From the IMG/VR virus record IMGVR_UViG_3300022468_000269: a stretch of 26,815 nt of DNA; one strand, written 5' to 3'. This DNA comes from an uncultured virus (IMG/VR IMGVR_UViG_3300022468_000269). Its lineage: Duplodnaviria > Heunggongvirae > Uroviricota > Caudoviricetes. The stretch's first letter is position 1. Each line of letters starts with the position of its first letter. The translations under genes were made by a program, and so were the position numbers. Shown here one piece after another: positions 1 to 10,007 of the stretch. The notes beneath the pieces were generated by a model. It did no database searches, was not told where the DNA came from, and was given only the letters and a program-made list of their open reading frames with translations.

Positions 1-1599
1 ACTGCTAAACGGAAATATGATACACTGAACACTGGTTGGGTTGGTGATAAAGGTACCGCTGCTCTTAACACGTACATAGCTGCTGAGGCTGCTTACCCTC
101 CCTTGTCTCATCCTTGGTACTCTGGTAAGAATGCTGATGGTGACTATCGCCAGAGCAAATGGGAGCAAGTCTATAGTGGCACTAGCATTATTGCTAATGG
201 TCACTTCATTCTAGACTTCTTCAACAAAGACCGTAGCACTGAATCTGGTATTGCTGGTATTACTACTGAGGTAGAGACTTCTAGATTTAGTACTGTGGCT
301 GCTCATGCTGGTCGTATCTGGTATGCTGGACTTGGTTCTGGACAGAACTCTGGTAAGATTCTCTACTCACAGATTGTTACAACGATCAAGGATACTGGTT
401 CTTGCACTGTTATTGGTGAATGCTTCCAGCAGAATGACCCCACCTCAGAAGACTTCAGCGATTTGTTGGAGACTGATGGTGGTGAACTTATCATTCCTGA
501 TGCAGCCAATATCAAGATCATCTACTCTTATGGCCCATTCCTCTATGTCTTTGCAGATAACGGAGTATGGATTGTTGGTGGTGTTGATGATCGGTTCAGC
601 CCTACGTCCTACTTTGTATCCAAGGTGACTAACAACGGTATCCTTACTGCTGAGTCCTTTGTGTCTGCTGAAGGTATTCCCTTCTGGTGGTCCAAGTACG
701 GTATCCATACCTTCTCCTTTGATGAGTCCAGTGGTCGTCCTATTGAGAATAACTTATCTCTCACCACTATCCAGACCTTCTGGGACTTGATTGATACTAA
801 TGCCAAGACTAGTGTTACTTCCTACTATGACCCTATCAACAAGAAAATCTTCTGGCTCTATCCAGAGAACGATGAGACTCTTCTGAACAAGAGCAGGAAG
901 ATTCTTATTCTTGATATCCCTCTACAAGCCTTCTACCCTTGGGAAATAGCAGAGAACGCAGACTATGTTATGGGCCTTTATTTCTACGATGGCTACGGTA
1001 ACGCTCTGGTTAGCGTTGATGTTACTGATAGCCTCCTTGCTGACGTTACTGATTCTACTACTGAAGTAGTGACTGTCCTGAGGGCTGGAACCCTAGCGAA
1101 TGCTGATACACAGCTTGCTGCTCTGGTCTATAACAACGGATTTATGAGTATCGGTCTATTCTCTTCTGAAACCTTCCTAGACTGGGGTACAGCGAACTAC
1201 AGCAGCTATGCAGAAGCAGGTTATGACTTCCTTGGTGACCTGAACCTCAAGAAGACTGCACCGTATGTCACTGTGTACTGTAGGACCACTGAGGAAGGCT
1301 TTACTGGTAACGAGACAGATGGTTATGAAGCTATCAATCCTTCTTCTCTTACTATGAAAGCTTACTGGGACTTCAAGACTGTACCCTCTAGCTCTCAGCA
1401 AGCCTACCGTATCAAGCCATTCATCATTGTGGATGCAGATGACCTTACCAACAACCAACAGGTAGGCACTGTAGTCACCACAAGGCTCAAGGTGAGGGGT
1501 AAAGGTCGGTCCATGAGGCTTCGGTTTGAGAGTGAAGAAGGTAAGAACTTTGTCTTGCTAGGTTATGGAGTGATTGCTGGTGTCAATACCAACATCTAA
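1..1599 (+). CDS. Podovirus tail tubular protein B / nozzle (stabilization) protein, 5'-truncated
   Basis: Frame +1 is open from base 1 (TAKRKYDTLNTGW...). Beta-propeller-like content (GRIWYAG, LYVFADNGVW, PFWWSKYGI), C-terminal RLKVRGKGRSMRLRFES, and position upstream of internal virion genes. Confidence 0.75.
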   Translation, partial: TAKRKYDTLNTGWVGDKGTAALNTYIAAEAAYPPLSHPWYSGKNADGDYRQSKWEQVYSGTSIIANGHFILDFFNKDRSTESGIAGITTEVETSRFSTVAAHAGRIWYAGLGSGQNSGKILYSQIVTTIKDTGSCTVIGECFQQNDPTSEDFSDLLETDGGELIIPDAANIKIIYSYGPFLYVFADNGVWIVGGVDDRFSPTSYFVSKVTNNGILTAESFVSAEGIPFWWSKYGIHTFSFDESSGRPIENNLSLTTIQTFWDLIDTNAKTSVTSYYDPINKKIFWLYPENDETLLNKSRKILILDIPLQAFYPWEIAENADYVMGLYFYDGYGNALVSVDVTDSLLADVTDSTTEVVTVLRAGTLANADTQLAALVYNNGFMSIGLFSSETFLDWGTANYSSYAEAGYDFLGDLNLKKTAPYVTVYCRTTEEGFTGNETDGYEAINPSSLTMKAYWDFKTVPSSSQQAYRIKPFIIVDADDLTNNQQVGTVVTTRLKVRGKGRSMRLRFESEEGKNFVLLGYGVIAGVNTNI

Positions 1600-1603
1600 G
1601 AGT

Positions 1604-1885
1604 ATGACTATCTACGAAGGGGAGGATTACGCTATTCGTCTTGAATATAACAAGCAATACGTGATCTTCCACCTACCCTACGTCCATAAGATGAGTAAGG
1701 AAGTCTTCCAAGACATGCAATTCAGACTAGGTGACTGGCATACCTTCTTTTCTAACCTAGATTACAACGGTATTTGGGCAGCAGTAGACCCTGATAACGA
1801 CAAAATCAATAAACTCTTGTCTAAACTAGAGTTTGTATTCCAAGGCCAAGCAGACGGCATGTCTGTTTACAGATACGGAGGTTAA
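1604..1885 (+). CDS. Small GNAT-fold-like protein (T7 gp13-position internal virion A equivalent)
   Basis: ATG 4 nt after the upstream stop. C-terminal 'IWAAVDPDNDKINKLLSKLEF' resembles the GNAT N..+.+L.K.GF motif. Syntenic position after tail tube B. Confidence 0.55.
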   Translation: MTIYEGEDYAIRLEYNKQYVIFHLPYVHKMSKEVFQDMQFRLGDWHTFFSNLDYNGIWAAVDPDNDKINKLLSKLEFVFQGQADGMSVYRYGG

Positions 1886-1886
1886 T

Positions 1887-2351
1887 ATGGGTCCGATAGC
1901 AGCAGTAATTGGTGCAGTAGCTACAGTAGGGGGCACTGTCCTCTCCTATTCGGCACAGCAGAAGGCAGCTTCAGCACAGAAGAAGCAACAGAACCTAGAA
2001 ACTCGTCGTAGCCAAAGGCAGGCCATCCGTGAAGCTCAAATTAAACGTGCACAGGCTCTTGCTTCTGGTGCTAATATGGGTGCTCTTGGCGGTTCTGCTC
2101 TGGCAGGTGGTACTGGCGCTCTTGGTTCTCAACTTGGTTCTGGTCTAGGCTTCTCCACCCAGATGAGTGGACTGTCTAACGTTATCTCGTCTCAGACCAA
2201 CAGAGCTAATATGTTCTCCAGCCTAGCCAGTATTGGTAGTGCTGTCTACCAGAACTCTGGTGGTTTCCAACGTTCTGACACAGCCAACAAGGCTCCCACG
2301 GCTGCGCCTAGCAATCCTGCTTATCGTCCTGCATTTAGTAGAGCTATTTAA
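1887..2351 (+). CDS. Internal virion (ejection) protein, gp14-like
   Basis: GGAGG RBS at 1877-1881. Hydrophobic Gly/Ala-rich N-terminus (MGPIAAVIGAVATVGG), then a Q/R/A coiled segment and a Gly-rich segment. Confidence 0.7.
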   Translation: MGPIAAVIGAVATVGGTVLSYSAQQKAASAQKKQQNLETRRSQRQAIREAQIKRAQALASGANMGALGGSALAGGTGALGSQLGSGLGFSTQMSGLSNVISSQTNRANMFSSLASIGSAVYQNSGGFQRSDTANKAPTAAPSNPAYRPAFSRAI

Positions 2352-5300
2352 TGGCTGAATTTATCCTTCAGGAAGAACCTCAATTCCTTGGTATCGAATC
2401 TTGGGAACCTCCCATTCGTACCAAAGGGCAGATCACAACCAAACGGGAAGCTGCTGATCTAAATTATGTTACTGGACTGACTCCTGAGACTGAGGCTCGT
2501 ACCAAGGAATACAACACTAGCTTCTTTGAGCCTGTAGAGGTTAACCCTATGTCTGTCGTGGACATGGGTGGCCTCTTTGCATCTGCTCTGGAAGATCAGG
2601 CAGACCTTGCTACTCTTCAGAACATTGCACAGAAACAAGAAGACTTCGATATTCTTGTCAAGAAGGGTGAGGGAGTTACTGCTGCTGACATTGAGATGGT
2701 TAAAGACCCTCTGGTATCCGCCAACCTGTTCCGCTACCACAACCGTTCTCAGAACGCTCAGGAGAGGCTCCTAGACCTTGCAGAGCAGTATGAGGGTGGT
2801 CTGGCAGATAAGGTCTATGAGACCATTGATCAGTTCGGCTATGACTTCTATGCAGGCTTCAGGGATATCAAGGAAGGTGCTACTGGTCAGGGTACTGAAG
2901 AGACTGCTATTGCTAATGAGTGGCTTGCTGCTCTCACTGGTCTGGATGACGAAGCCTTCAATACTTGGGTAGAGAATCGTATGGGTTCTCTGGCTGACCG
3001 TTCTACTCGTGAACCTTCATGGCAAATCTATCGTGAGCTTCAGGGTCTGGAGTCCGCAGGGTTCATTCTTTGGGACCAAGAGTTTGGTTATGTTAATGCT
3101 GGTCTGGCTGCTGTAGATATCGCTACAGTGGGCACTGCTGGTGTCCTGAAGCTGAGTAAGGTTGGTAAGAGTCTTGTGGGTCGCCTACGTAGCACCGCAG
3201 GGACCAAAGCTGCTACTCATGCAGTAGACAATCTTATGAAGGAGACAGGTACTGCCGTAGCTGTACGCACAGGCATCGACGGAGAGGTGCTAGACGCACA
3301 GAAGGCTATCGGGGGTAGTACCCCTACCGCAACTCCTAGAGGCTCTGTAGGTGCCTCCCCACGGCCTGAGTCGAGCTTCAAGTACAATCCTAACATTGAC
3401 GATGCTGATGTGGTGGAAGACATCCTCCCGTCTGCCTACGCCTCTAAGGTCAATACTACCAACGTTACACCACCTCCTGTCTCCACAGGGGCTATCAACT
3501 ACAACACTGTCTCAGCCAACCTTAAGGAAGCCTTCCTTCGTAGAGAAGCCAAGGGTGCCTTTGGTATGTCCTCTATGGGAGAGAATGCTGCACAGTGGGC
3601 AGAAGACTTTGGTAGGGAAGTAGCCAAGGCTAACAGTGTCAAGGTTATCAACTTCGATCTTAAAGACGAAGGACTGATGAACTTTACTGGTACTTGGCAG
3701 GTTGGTAAGGACTCTGGTAAGACCTTTGAGAACTTTGCCAGTGCACAGAAGATTGCCAACAGCATTCCTAATGCTAGGGTTATTGATACTCGTACTGGCA
3801 AGATTGCTAGCCCTAGCTCCAAGTCAGGCCAGTATGCTGTAGAGTTTGATCGTCGTTACGCTCCTGATACCAAACCTCTGAACGTTGGTGAAGTCTCTGA
3901 TACAGGCTTCATTGGTCGTTGGTTCGGTTCTGCTGGTCGTGGCTCTAGTGCTATCTTCAATACTCTGGCAGAGAATGCTGTCTCTGGTAGCTCTGGTTAC
4001 CGTCAGGAGATTAAGGAAATCTTCGATAACTTCGGTAAATTGACCGGAGATGAGCAGAATGCTATAAGTTCTATCTTGACATATCTGCGAGATGATGCTA
4101 AAGTAAACACATGGCTAGGGTCTGCTGACTTCATTAGCCAAGCTAAGAACCTGCTTGGTGAGGTGCCACGTAAGGAAGTGGTACAGATGTACGAAGACCT
4201 TGTACAAGCCAGTGACTTTAGCTGGTATGTGATGGCTTCTGATCGTCTAAGGTTCATGGCCAAGAAGAACAGCCTGATGTTCAAGTACAAGGACGCAGAT
4301 CACATTGTCTACCCCACTAGTGTTAAACCCACTGGTAAGGTCTACAATGCTTCTACGAACAAACTTGAACTAGCGGAGAAGATTCCAGAAGGTTCTGTAG
4401 TCTATGCCTTTGCTAATCCCAAGAATGGTTGGCCTAAGTTTGTCTATAACACTCATGGCAAGACCCGTCTTCCTGAGCTTACAGATGCCTACGCCTACAA
4501 CTCTGGTGGTCCTCGTCTGAACCCTGAGCTTCAGTACTTCGTAGGTACTGCTGATGAAGGTTGGAACACTGCTCTAGGTACCAAGACATACAAAGAAGCT
4601 GTTCAGTCTGTCAAAGAGATTAACAAGATCAATGAGACTTTCCAGAATGTGCTCCGTGGTGCAGTAAACACCAAGACTCCTCTGGCTGGTTTGACTAAGG
4701 CAGAACTGAAACAGTTGGATGAGGCTATCCAAGCTAACAACAACTGGAACCCCTTCATTGAGACCTCAAAAGACTTTGTAGAGTTCATGCAGGGTCGCGG
4801 TGTTGAGATTGGTAAACAAGTTGTACTGAAGGAACGTAACGCCAAGATTCAGACCTTCATTCCTTTTGCTGATGAGTTTCTGATTGGGAAAGACTTGTCT
4901 GCCTACATTGCCTATGCTCGTCACGATATGGCTATGGTTGAGTTTGGTGGTGCCCGTGCTGCTAACCCTAACCCGGTGCAAGCTATCACCAACCAGTTCA
5001 ATGCCATGATTGATCAAGGTGCTCAGGTACAGTACCGTATTGAGCATGTAGGTGCATGGGCAGAGGCAGTATGGAAGTACTCCAATCCTGAGGTTGGTAG
5101 TGAAGTCCTTCAGGTGGAAGGCTTGGGTCCGTTCACTGCTGAGACTCTGGCTCGTAACGTCAACATCAAAGGCAACACTCCTCTGGCTAGGAAGCTCCGT
5201 CAGGAACAGTCTATCATTGTTCGTAGACTTGGTATGCTGGAAGGTTCTACCTCTGAGTCTGGTGTCTTTAAAGGTGTCAGGGACTCTTGGACCAACAGCA

Positions 5301-6841
5301 TGAACATGGCTCTGGAGATGGCTTATGGTGCAGAGAGCAAGTGGGTAGATAAACTGGTGGTACCCGGTCTGCGTGGTCTACGTGATAACACCTCTGGTGG
5401 GCTGTTGTCTGTAGGCTTTATGACAAAGATGGCTTCTCCGTTCCAAGTCATCCTTCAAGGTTCTATGGCTATTCAGATCAGTGCTGTCTCTCCCAAGAAT
5501 GGGGTTAGGGCTATCTCTCTTGCTGGCTTCATCAGGGAGATGGCTCGTCATCCTCAAGGGCCTACACTGTTCACTGCTCTTAAAGGTAATTTGGCTAAGG
5601 TTGCTGGACTTACTGATGATCAGATGAAAGACCTTATTGAACACTTCAATACTTCTGGTCGTGGGTATATGCGTGGTGCTGTGGTTGAAGACCCTAACAG
5701 TCTTCCGGGTGTCAAGACCAAGACTGGTAAGGTAGCAGACTTCCTACGTGCTCCTTACTACGCTGGTGAGAACTTTGCTGCCACTGTGTCTCGTATCACT
5801 GCCTATCTGGATATCATTGACAAGAACCCCAAGCTACCTAAGAACTCTAAACAGTTCTGGAACCTTGTCTCTGATCGTGATAAGAAGCTTTCCTTTGCTC
5901 TTAACAAGGCAGAAGCTTCTATGTCTCAGTCGGATAGTGTTACTCGTGTCTTGACTCAGTGGACCTCATACTTCATGCGGGCTATTGAGACTGTGATGTT
6001 TGAGAAGTCCTTTACCAAGGTGGAGAGAGCACGTCTGGCTGCTTCCATGACTGTCCTCTGGGGCACCTCTGGTTTGGGTATCTCTGAGTACTTCAGTTCT
6101 CCTAACGATGATGCCAAGGGTTCTGTTGGTAAGCTTATCGAGTATGGTCCTATCGACTATGTACTCAACGAGACCTTGGGTGTTACCTTGGGTGACCGTG
6201 TGGCTATCAACATCCCTGATCTTGTCATGCGTGGCTTTGGTATGGTGGGTGATCCTTCGGGTAACGTACCTGCTGGTACTATCGCTCTTGATGCTAGTGG
6301 TAGAGCACTCCTTGCTGTTAAGCATCTGGTGGCTGGAAGAGGTGAGTTGGCTTCATATGAACTAGCTCGTCTGGTACGTACCTACAAGGTGGTGGATGAC
6401 CTCTACATGGCCTATACGATGATGATGAGTGATACTCGTAAGTCTCGTACTGGTACTTCTGTGGATGCTGACTACACTACTGCTCAGGCATTCCTACAGG
6501 CTGTGGGTCTACGTCCTAGCCAAGTAACTGAGTTCAACAAGCTCTCTACCAAGAGTTACACTCAGTCCAAGCGTAGAGCTAAGGCAGTAGAGGTTGCTAC
6601 CCCTATTGTCAAACTTGCTATTGAGTATGGTGAGAATGGTGATTGGGAAAACTTTCAATACTTTATGCTAGATGCTGCTGCTGCTGTCGATGCCTACGGC
6701 CTTAGCCCTATGTATCACGCAGACGCAGTTAAACAACTTCTCAGAGAAGCTAACTCTGATCGTATGGAGCGTGTGATGAACCAAGCTATCCGTTCTGGTA
6801 ACGCTAAACAAGCTCTACAATTCTTGGAAGGACTTAAATAA
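2351..6841 (+). CDS. Large internal virion (DNA ejection) protein, 1496 aa
   Basis: Long ORF with TAATG coupling, located between the gp14-like gene and the transglycosylase-bearing gene. Function is assigned by position and size only. Confidence 0.65.
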   Translation: MAEFILQEEPQFLGIESWEPPIRTKGQITTKREAADLNYVTGLTPETEARTKEYNTSFFEPVEVNPMSVVDMGGLFASALEDQADLATLQNIAQKQEDFDILVKKGEGVTAADIEMVKDPLVSANLFRYHNRSQNAQERLLDLAEQYEGGLADKVYETIDQFGYDFYAGFRDIKEGATGQGTEETAIANEWLAALTGLDDEAFNTWVENRMGSLADRSTREPSWQIYRELQGLESAGFILWDQEFGYVNAGLAAVDIATVGTAGVLKLSKVGKSLVGRLRSTAGTKAATHAVDNLMKETGTAVAVRTGIDGEVLDAQKAIGGSTPTATPRGSVGASPRPESSFKYNPNIDDADVVEDILPSAYASKVNTTNVTPPPVSTGAINYNTVSANLKEAFLRREAKGAFGMSSMGENAAQWAEDFGREVAKANSVKVINFDLKDEGLMNFTGTWQVGKDSGKTFENFASAQKIANSIPNARVIDTRTGKIASPSSKSGQYAVEFDRRYAPDTKPLNVGEVSDTGFIGRWFGSAGRGSSAIFNTLAENAVSGSSGYRQEIKEIFDNFGKLTGDEQNAISSILTYLRDDAKVNTWLGSADFISQAKNLLGEVPRKEVVQMYEDLVQASDFSWYVMASDRLRFMAKKNSLMFKYKDADHIVYPTSVKPTGKVYNASTNKLELAEKIPEGSVVYAFANPKNGWPKFVYNTHGKTRLPELTDAYAYNSGGPRLNPELQYFVGTADEGWNTALGTKTYKEAVQSVKEINKINETFQNVLRGAVNTKTPLAGLTKAELKQLDEAIQANNNWNPFIETSKDFVEFMQGRGVEIGKQVVLKERNAKIQTFIPFADEFLIGKDLSAYIAYARHDMAMVEFGGARAANPNPVQAITNQFNAMIDQGAQVQYRIEHVGAWAEAVWKYSNPEVGSEVLQVEGLGPFTAETLARNVNIKGNTPLARKLRQEQSIIVRRLGMLEGSTSESGVFKGVRDSWTNSMNMALEMAYGAESKWVDKLVVPGLRGLRDNTSGGLLSVGFMTKMASPFQVILQGSMAIQISAVSPKNGVRAISLAGFIREMARHPQGPTLFTALKGNLAKVAGLTDDQMKDLIEHFNTSGRGYMRGAVVEDPNSLPGVKTKTGKVADFLRAPYYAGENFAATVSRITAYLDIIDKNPKLPKNSKQFWNLVSDRDKKLSFALNKAEASMSQSDSVTRVLTQWTSYFMRAIETVMFEKSFTKVERARLAASMTVLWGTSGLGISEYFSSPNDDAKGSVGKLIEYGPIDYVLNETLGVTLGDRVAINIPDLVMRGFGMVGDPSGNVPAGTIALDASGRALLAVKHLVAGRGELASYELARLVRTYKVVDDLYMAYTMMMSDTRKSRTGTSVDADYTTAQAFLQAVGLRPSQVTEFNKLSTKSYTQSKRRAKAVEVATPIVKLAIEYGENGDWENFQYFMLDAAAAVDAYGLSPMYHADAVKQLLREANSDRMERVMNQAIRSGNAKQALQFLEGLK

Positions 6842-9450
6842 TGACTTTTGCTCCCACTCTTGAAGGTGGTATTGGCTACAACAGACCTGTAGAGTCTCCT
6901 AACGCAATCAATGCTATTGCAGGATTGTTTGATACCTTTGCTCCTAAAGAGAAGAAGGCTCCTTCTGCTGAGTCTCTTAAGGATGAGGCACGTAGGTTCT
7001 ACTTCCAAGAGTGGGATGCAGGGCAACAGCTTATCTCTCAAGGTAAGGCTGCTGCTGGTAAGGCTCGTATCAACTCTGCTTATCGTGGTTGGGCTTCTAC
7101 CTATGGCCCCGGTACTGATGAGGAAGTAGATAAGTCTTTCGAGATGTCTACTGGCTCTTCTGTCAACACCTCCCAGTTTGGTAGTGCTACCGACTACACT
7201 GCTATTCGTGCCACTCCTGAGTTTGGTATGAACGTAGAGTTGGTCAGAGCTACTAACCCTGAGTTGGATGAAGCTCAGATTGAACAGGAGGCTATTCGTC
7301 GTAGTCAGACCAAGATGGCTAACGATGCTAAGATTGCTGCCTACTCTCAAGACCAGAAGGTTACTTGGATTGATGCAGAACGTAGTTATGTAGAAGGCTC
7401 CAACCTCCTGCTTGACGACATACAACTTATGCTGGCTACTGTTAACGAGGATCAGGTAACTACTCCTGAGGAAGCTCAACAGCTTCGTAGCTGGTATAAC
7501 GTACAGCGTTCAAAGTTCAGGGCACCTCCGGGTGTAGATCAGGCTACATGGAAAGCATTCGAGACTGATCGTCTTGGGTCTATTGATGCTGTCGTCAATG
7601 CTGCTATTGGCTCCACTACTGAAGGAGCTATGAACAACGACCTTGGTAGAGCACTGAACCAGATCATTGAGAAGGCTATCGTACAAGGTAAGCTTCCCCC
7701 TGCTCTCCGTATCCAGCTTACTCCTAATGCTAATGGTGACTTTGGGCAAGCTCTTAGTGTCCTGAGTGGTATGAGTGATGCTGGTGGGTTTGGCCCTGAG
7801 TGGCAGGATAGCATCAATACTGCTCTCAGCATGGACTATGAGGAGCTTCTGGATTGGGTTACAGAGTTTGAGAACAAAGATGCCTCCTTCCTTGATAAGG
7901 TAGATATCTCTGAGTTCACTGGTCTGTCTTCCAGCAAGAAGGTTAACTCCCTTGCTCAGGATGTAACTTCTCTGAATACTGATGACCTTGGTAAAGCTTC
8001 CTTGGGTATCGTAAACATTGTAGAAAAGGTTGCAGGACTAGAAGGTACTGCTCTTACTCCTACCTTGCTTGGTCAGACCTTCAATAGTCAGTTCTATCAG
8101 AAGCTGGAAGAAGTCTATGCAGCTAACCCTGTCGTGGGTGAGGCTCTGGTGCAACGTGCCAACGTAGCTCTGGCTTCCCAAGAGACTGCTATTGTACTGG
8201 CTACTGAGGCTACAGCCAAGGCTTATGGTTGGGGATTGAAGAAGGTTAATGGTACCTATGACTTCTACCCTGATGATAAGCTTATGCGTCCTGAGGTTAA
8301 GGCTGATCTGGATAAGTACTTCGGTGGTGACTGGAAGAAAGCTATTGCTGCTAAGGGTATGATTGACCCCAGTGCTTCTGGTCTCTATGGCCCCGGTATG
8401 TTTACTGGTGCTATGGTACCCAGTCAGGTAGCCTTTGCTCTCGGTGCTATTGACAAGCTTCGTCCCAATATCGCTAAGTTCAACAGTGTTATGAAGACAC
8501 GAGACAGGTTGAATGCTATTGTACCTCCTCAGGAAGAAGTCAGTGGTGCAGCAGGGCAGGATGAAGTCCAAGGTTCTGCTGGTACAGATACCCTGACGGG
8601 TAACGGCCCTATTGCTACCAAGCTTGGTATTGACTTTGCAGCTAAAGAACAAGAGTACCGACTTCCTTCTGGGTACCTTGAGCGTACTGCACAGCTTGAG
8701 TCTAGTGGTAACCCTAATGCACAGAATCCTAATTCTTCTGCTGGTGGTTTGTTCCAACAACTAGACAGCAATGCTAGAGCCTACGGTGTTTCTGATAAGT
8801 TTGATCCGGCTCAGTCAACTGAAGGTGCCGCAAAGTTTGCTGCTGAGAATAACTCTACACTGACAGGCGTACTTGGTAGAGCACCTACTGGTGGGGAACT
8901 TTACCTTGCACATCAACAAGGCCCCGGTGGTGCAGCTAAACTCCTAAGCAATCCTTCTGCTCTTGCAGTTGATATTGTTGGTGCCGATGCTGTTCGTCTG
9001 AATGGTGGTAATGATCGGATGACTGCTGGAGAGTTTGCAAACATCTGGATCAGTAAGTTCAACGGTGCTCGTGGTCCTGTCTCCTACACTGAGGCTACTG
9101 GTCAAGCTGTAAGCCCTACAGCACCCGGTCCTCAACCTCGTCCTGAGGCTACCACTCCAGTGCCCCTACAGAGCGCAGGAGAAGGCCGTACAGTGGCCTT
9201 GCAGCAGTCTGGAGGGGTAGGGGTGCCTAGCGAGTCTGTAGCCACTCAGCAGGCCGCTCCTGAAGCCTCTAAGGCTGCTACTCAGGTGCCTATGGATGCA
9301 GAGATTCAGGCACTGATTGCTTCTCTAGGTGACGATGAGAGTGTTCAGTTCTTCAAGTCTGATGCTGCTCTGGAGAAAGCCAAGGCTTCTGGTCGAGTGA
9401 GTAAAGGTGATACAGTTGTTGTCAATGGAAAGATTGTGGAGGTAAGCTAA
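6841..9450 (+). CDS. Internal virion protein with lytic transglycosylase (SLT-like) domain
   Basis: Motifs LERTAQLESSGNPNAQN, SSAGGLFQ and YLAHQQGPGG at ~8660-8940, flanked by low-complexity linkers. Confidence 0.8.
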   Translation: MTFAPTLEGGIGYNRPVESPNAINAIAGLFDTFAPKEKKAPSAESLKDEARRFYFQEWDAGQQLISQGKAAAGKARINSAYRGWASTYGPGTDEEVDKSFEMSTGSSVNTSQFGSATDYTAIRATPEFGMNVELVRATNPELDEAQIEQEAIRRSQTKMANDAKIAAYSQDQKVTWIDAERSYVEGSNLLLDDIQLMLATVNEDQVTTPEEAQQLRSWYNVQRSKFRAPPGVDQATWKAFETDRLGSIDAVVNAAIGSTTEGAMNNDLGRALNQIIEKAIVQGKLPPALRIQLTPNANGDFGQALSVLSGMSDAGGFGPEWQDSINTALSMDYEELLDWVTEFENKDASFLDKVDISEFTGLSSSKKVNSLAQDVTSLNTDDLGKASLGIVNIVEKVAGLEGTALTPTLLGQTFNSQFYQKLEEVYAANPVVGEALVQRANVALASQETAIVLATEATAKAYGWGLKKVNGTYDFYPDDKLMRPEVKADLDKYFGGDWKKAIAAKGMIDPSASGLYGPGMFTGAMVPSQVAFALGAIDKLRPNIAKFNSVMKTRDRLNAIVPPQEEVSGAAGQDEVQGSAGTDTLTGNGPIATKLGIDFAAKEQEYRLPSGYLERTAQLESSGNPNAQNPNSSAGGLFQQLDSNARAYGVSDKFDPAQSTEGAAKFAAENNSTLTGVLGRAPTGGELYLAHQQGPGGAAKLLSNPSALAVDIVGADAVRLNGGNDRMTAGEFANIWISKFNGARGPVSYTEATGQAVSPTAPGPQPRPEATTPVPLQSAGEGRTVALQQSGGVGVPSESVATQQAAPEASKAATQVPMDAEIQALIASLGDDESVQFFKSDAALEKAKASGRVSKGDTVVVNGKIVEVS

Positions 9451-10007
9451 TGTTGAAAGCTATCATTCAGTTCATCCTTAGCTTGCTTAAGGCTATGAAG
9501 AAGCCTGTACCTGTGGTGGTACCTAAGGCTCCTCCTGTAGCTATCCCAGTAGCAACCAAGAATGCTACCAAGCTTCATAACCTAGACTTTATCAAGAAGC
9601 ATGAGGCTCTACGTCTTCAGGCTTATCTTCCTACCAAGAACGATAGATGGACTATTGGTTGGGGGCATACCAAGACAGCACAGAAGAACATGATTATTAC
9701 TGAGACTAGGGCTGAAGAGCTTCTTCGGTCTGACCTTAGGTGGGTGGAGGAAGGTATCCGTGATACTGTTAAGGTGCCTCTGAACCAGAACCAGTACGAT
9801 GCTCTAGGCTCCCTGATCTTTAACATTGGTATGGGTAACTTCAGTCGTAGCACTCTCCTCAAGAAGCTTAATGCTGGAGACTACAAGGGTGCTGCTGATC
9901 AGTTCTTGGTATGGAATAAACAGAAGAATAAGACTACCGGACAGATGGATGTACTCAAAGGTCTGGTAACTCGTCGTAAGCAAGAGAGAGAGATGTTCCT
10001 GAAATGA
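9450..10007 (+). CDS. Endolysin, GH24 phage lysozyme with N-terminal amphipathic/SAR-like segment
   Basis: HEALRLQAY...WTIGWGHT, LNQNQYDAL.S..FNIG, STLLKKLNAGDY and GLVTRRKQE motifs. Confidence 0.92.
   Translation: MLKAIIQFILSLLKAMKKPVPVVVPKAPPVAIPVATKNATKLHNLDFIKKHEALRLQAYLPTKNDRWTIGWGHTKTAQKNMIITETRAEELLRSDLRWVEEGIRDTVKVPLNQNQYDALGSLIFNIGMGNFSRSTLLKKLNAGDYKGAADQFLVWNKQKNKTTGQMDVLKGLVTRRKQEREMFLK

Noticed and set aside
6715..8760. Long antisense ORFs 6715..7479 and 8038..8760
   Set aside because: Ser-rich mirror translations caused by the GCT/ACT codon bias of the real plus-strand gene.
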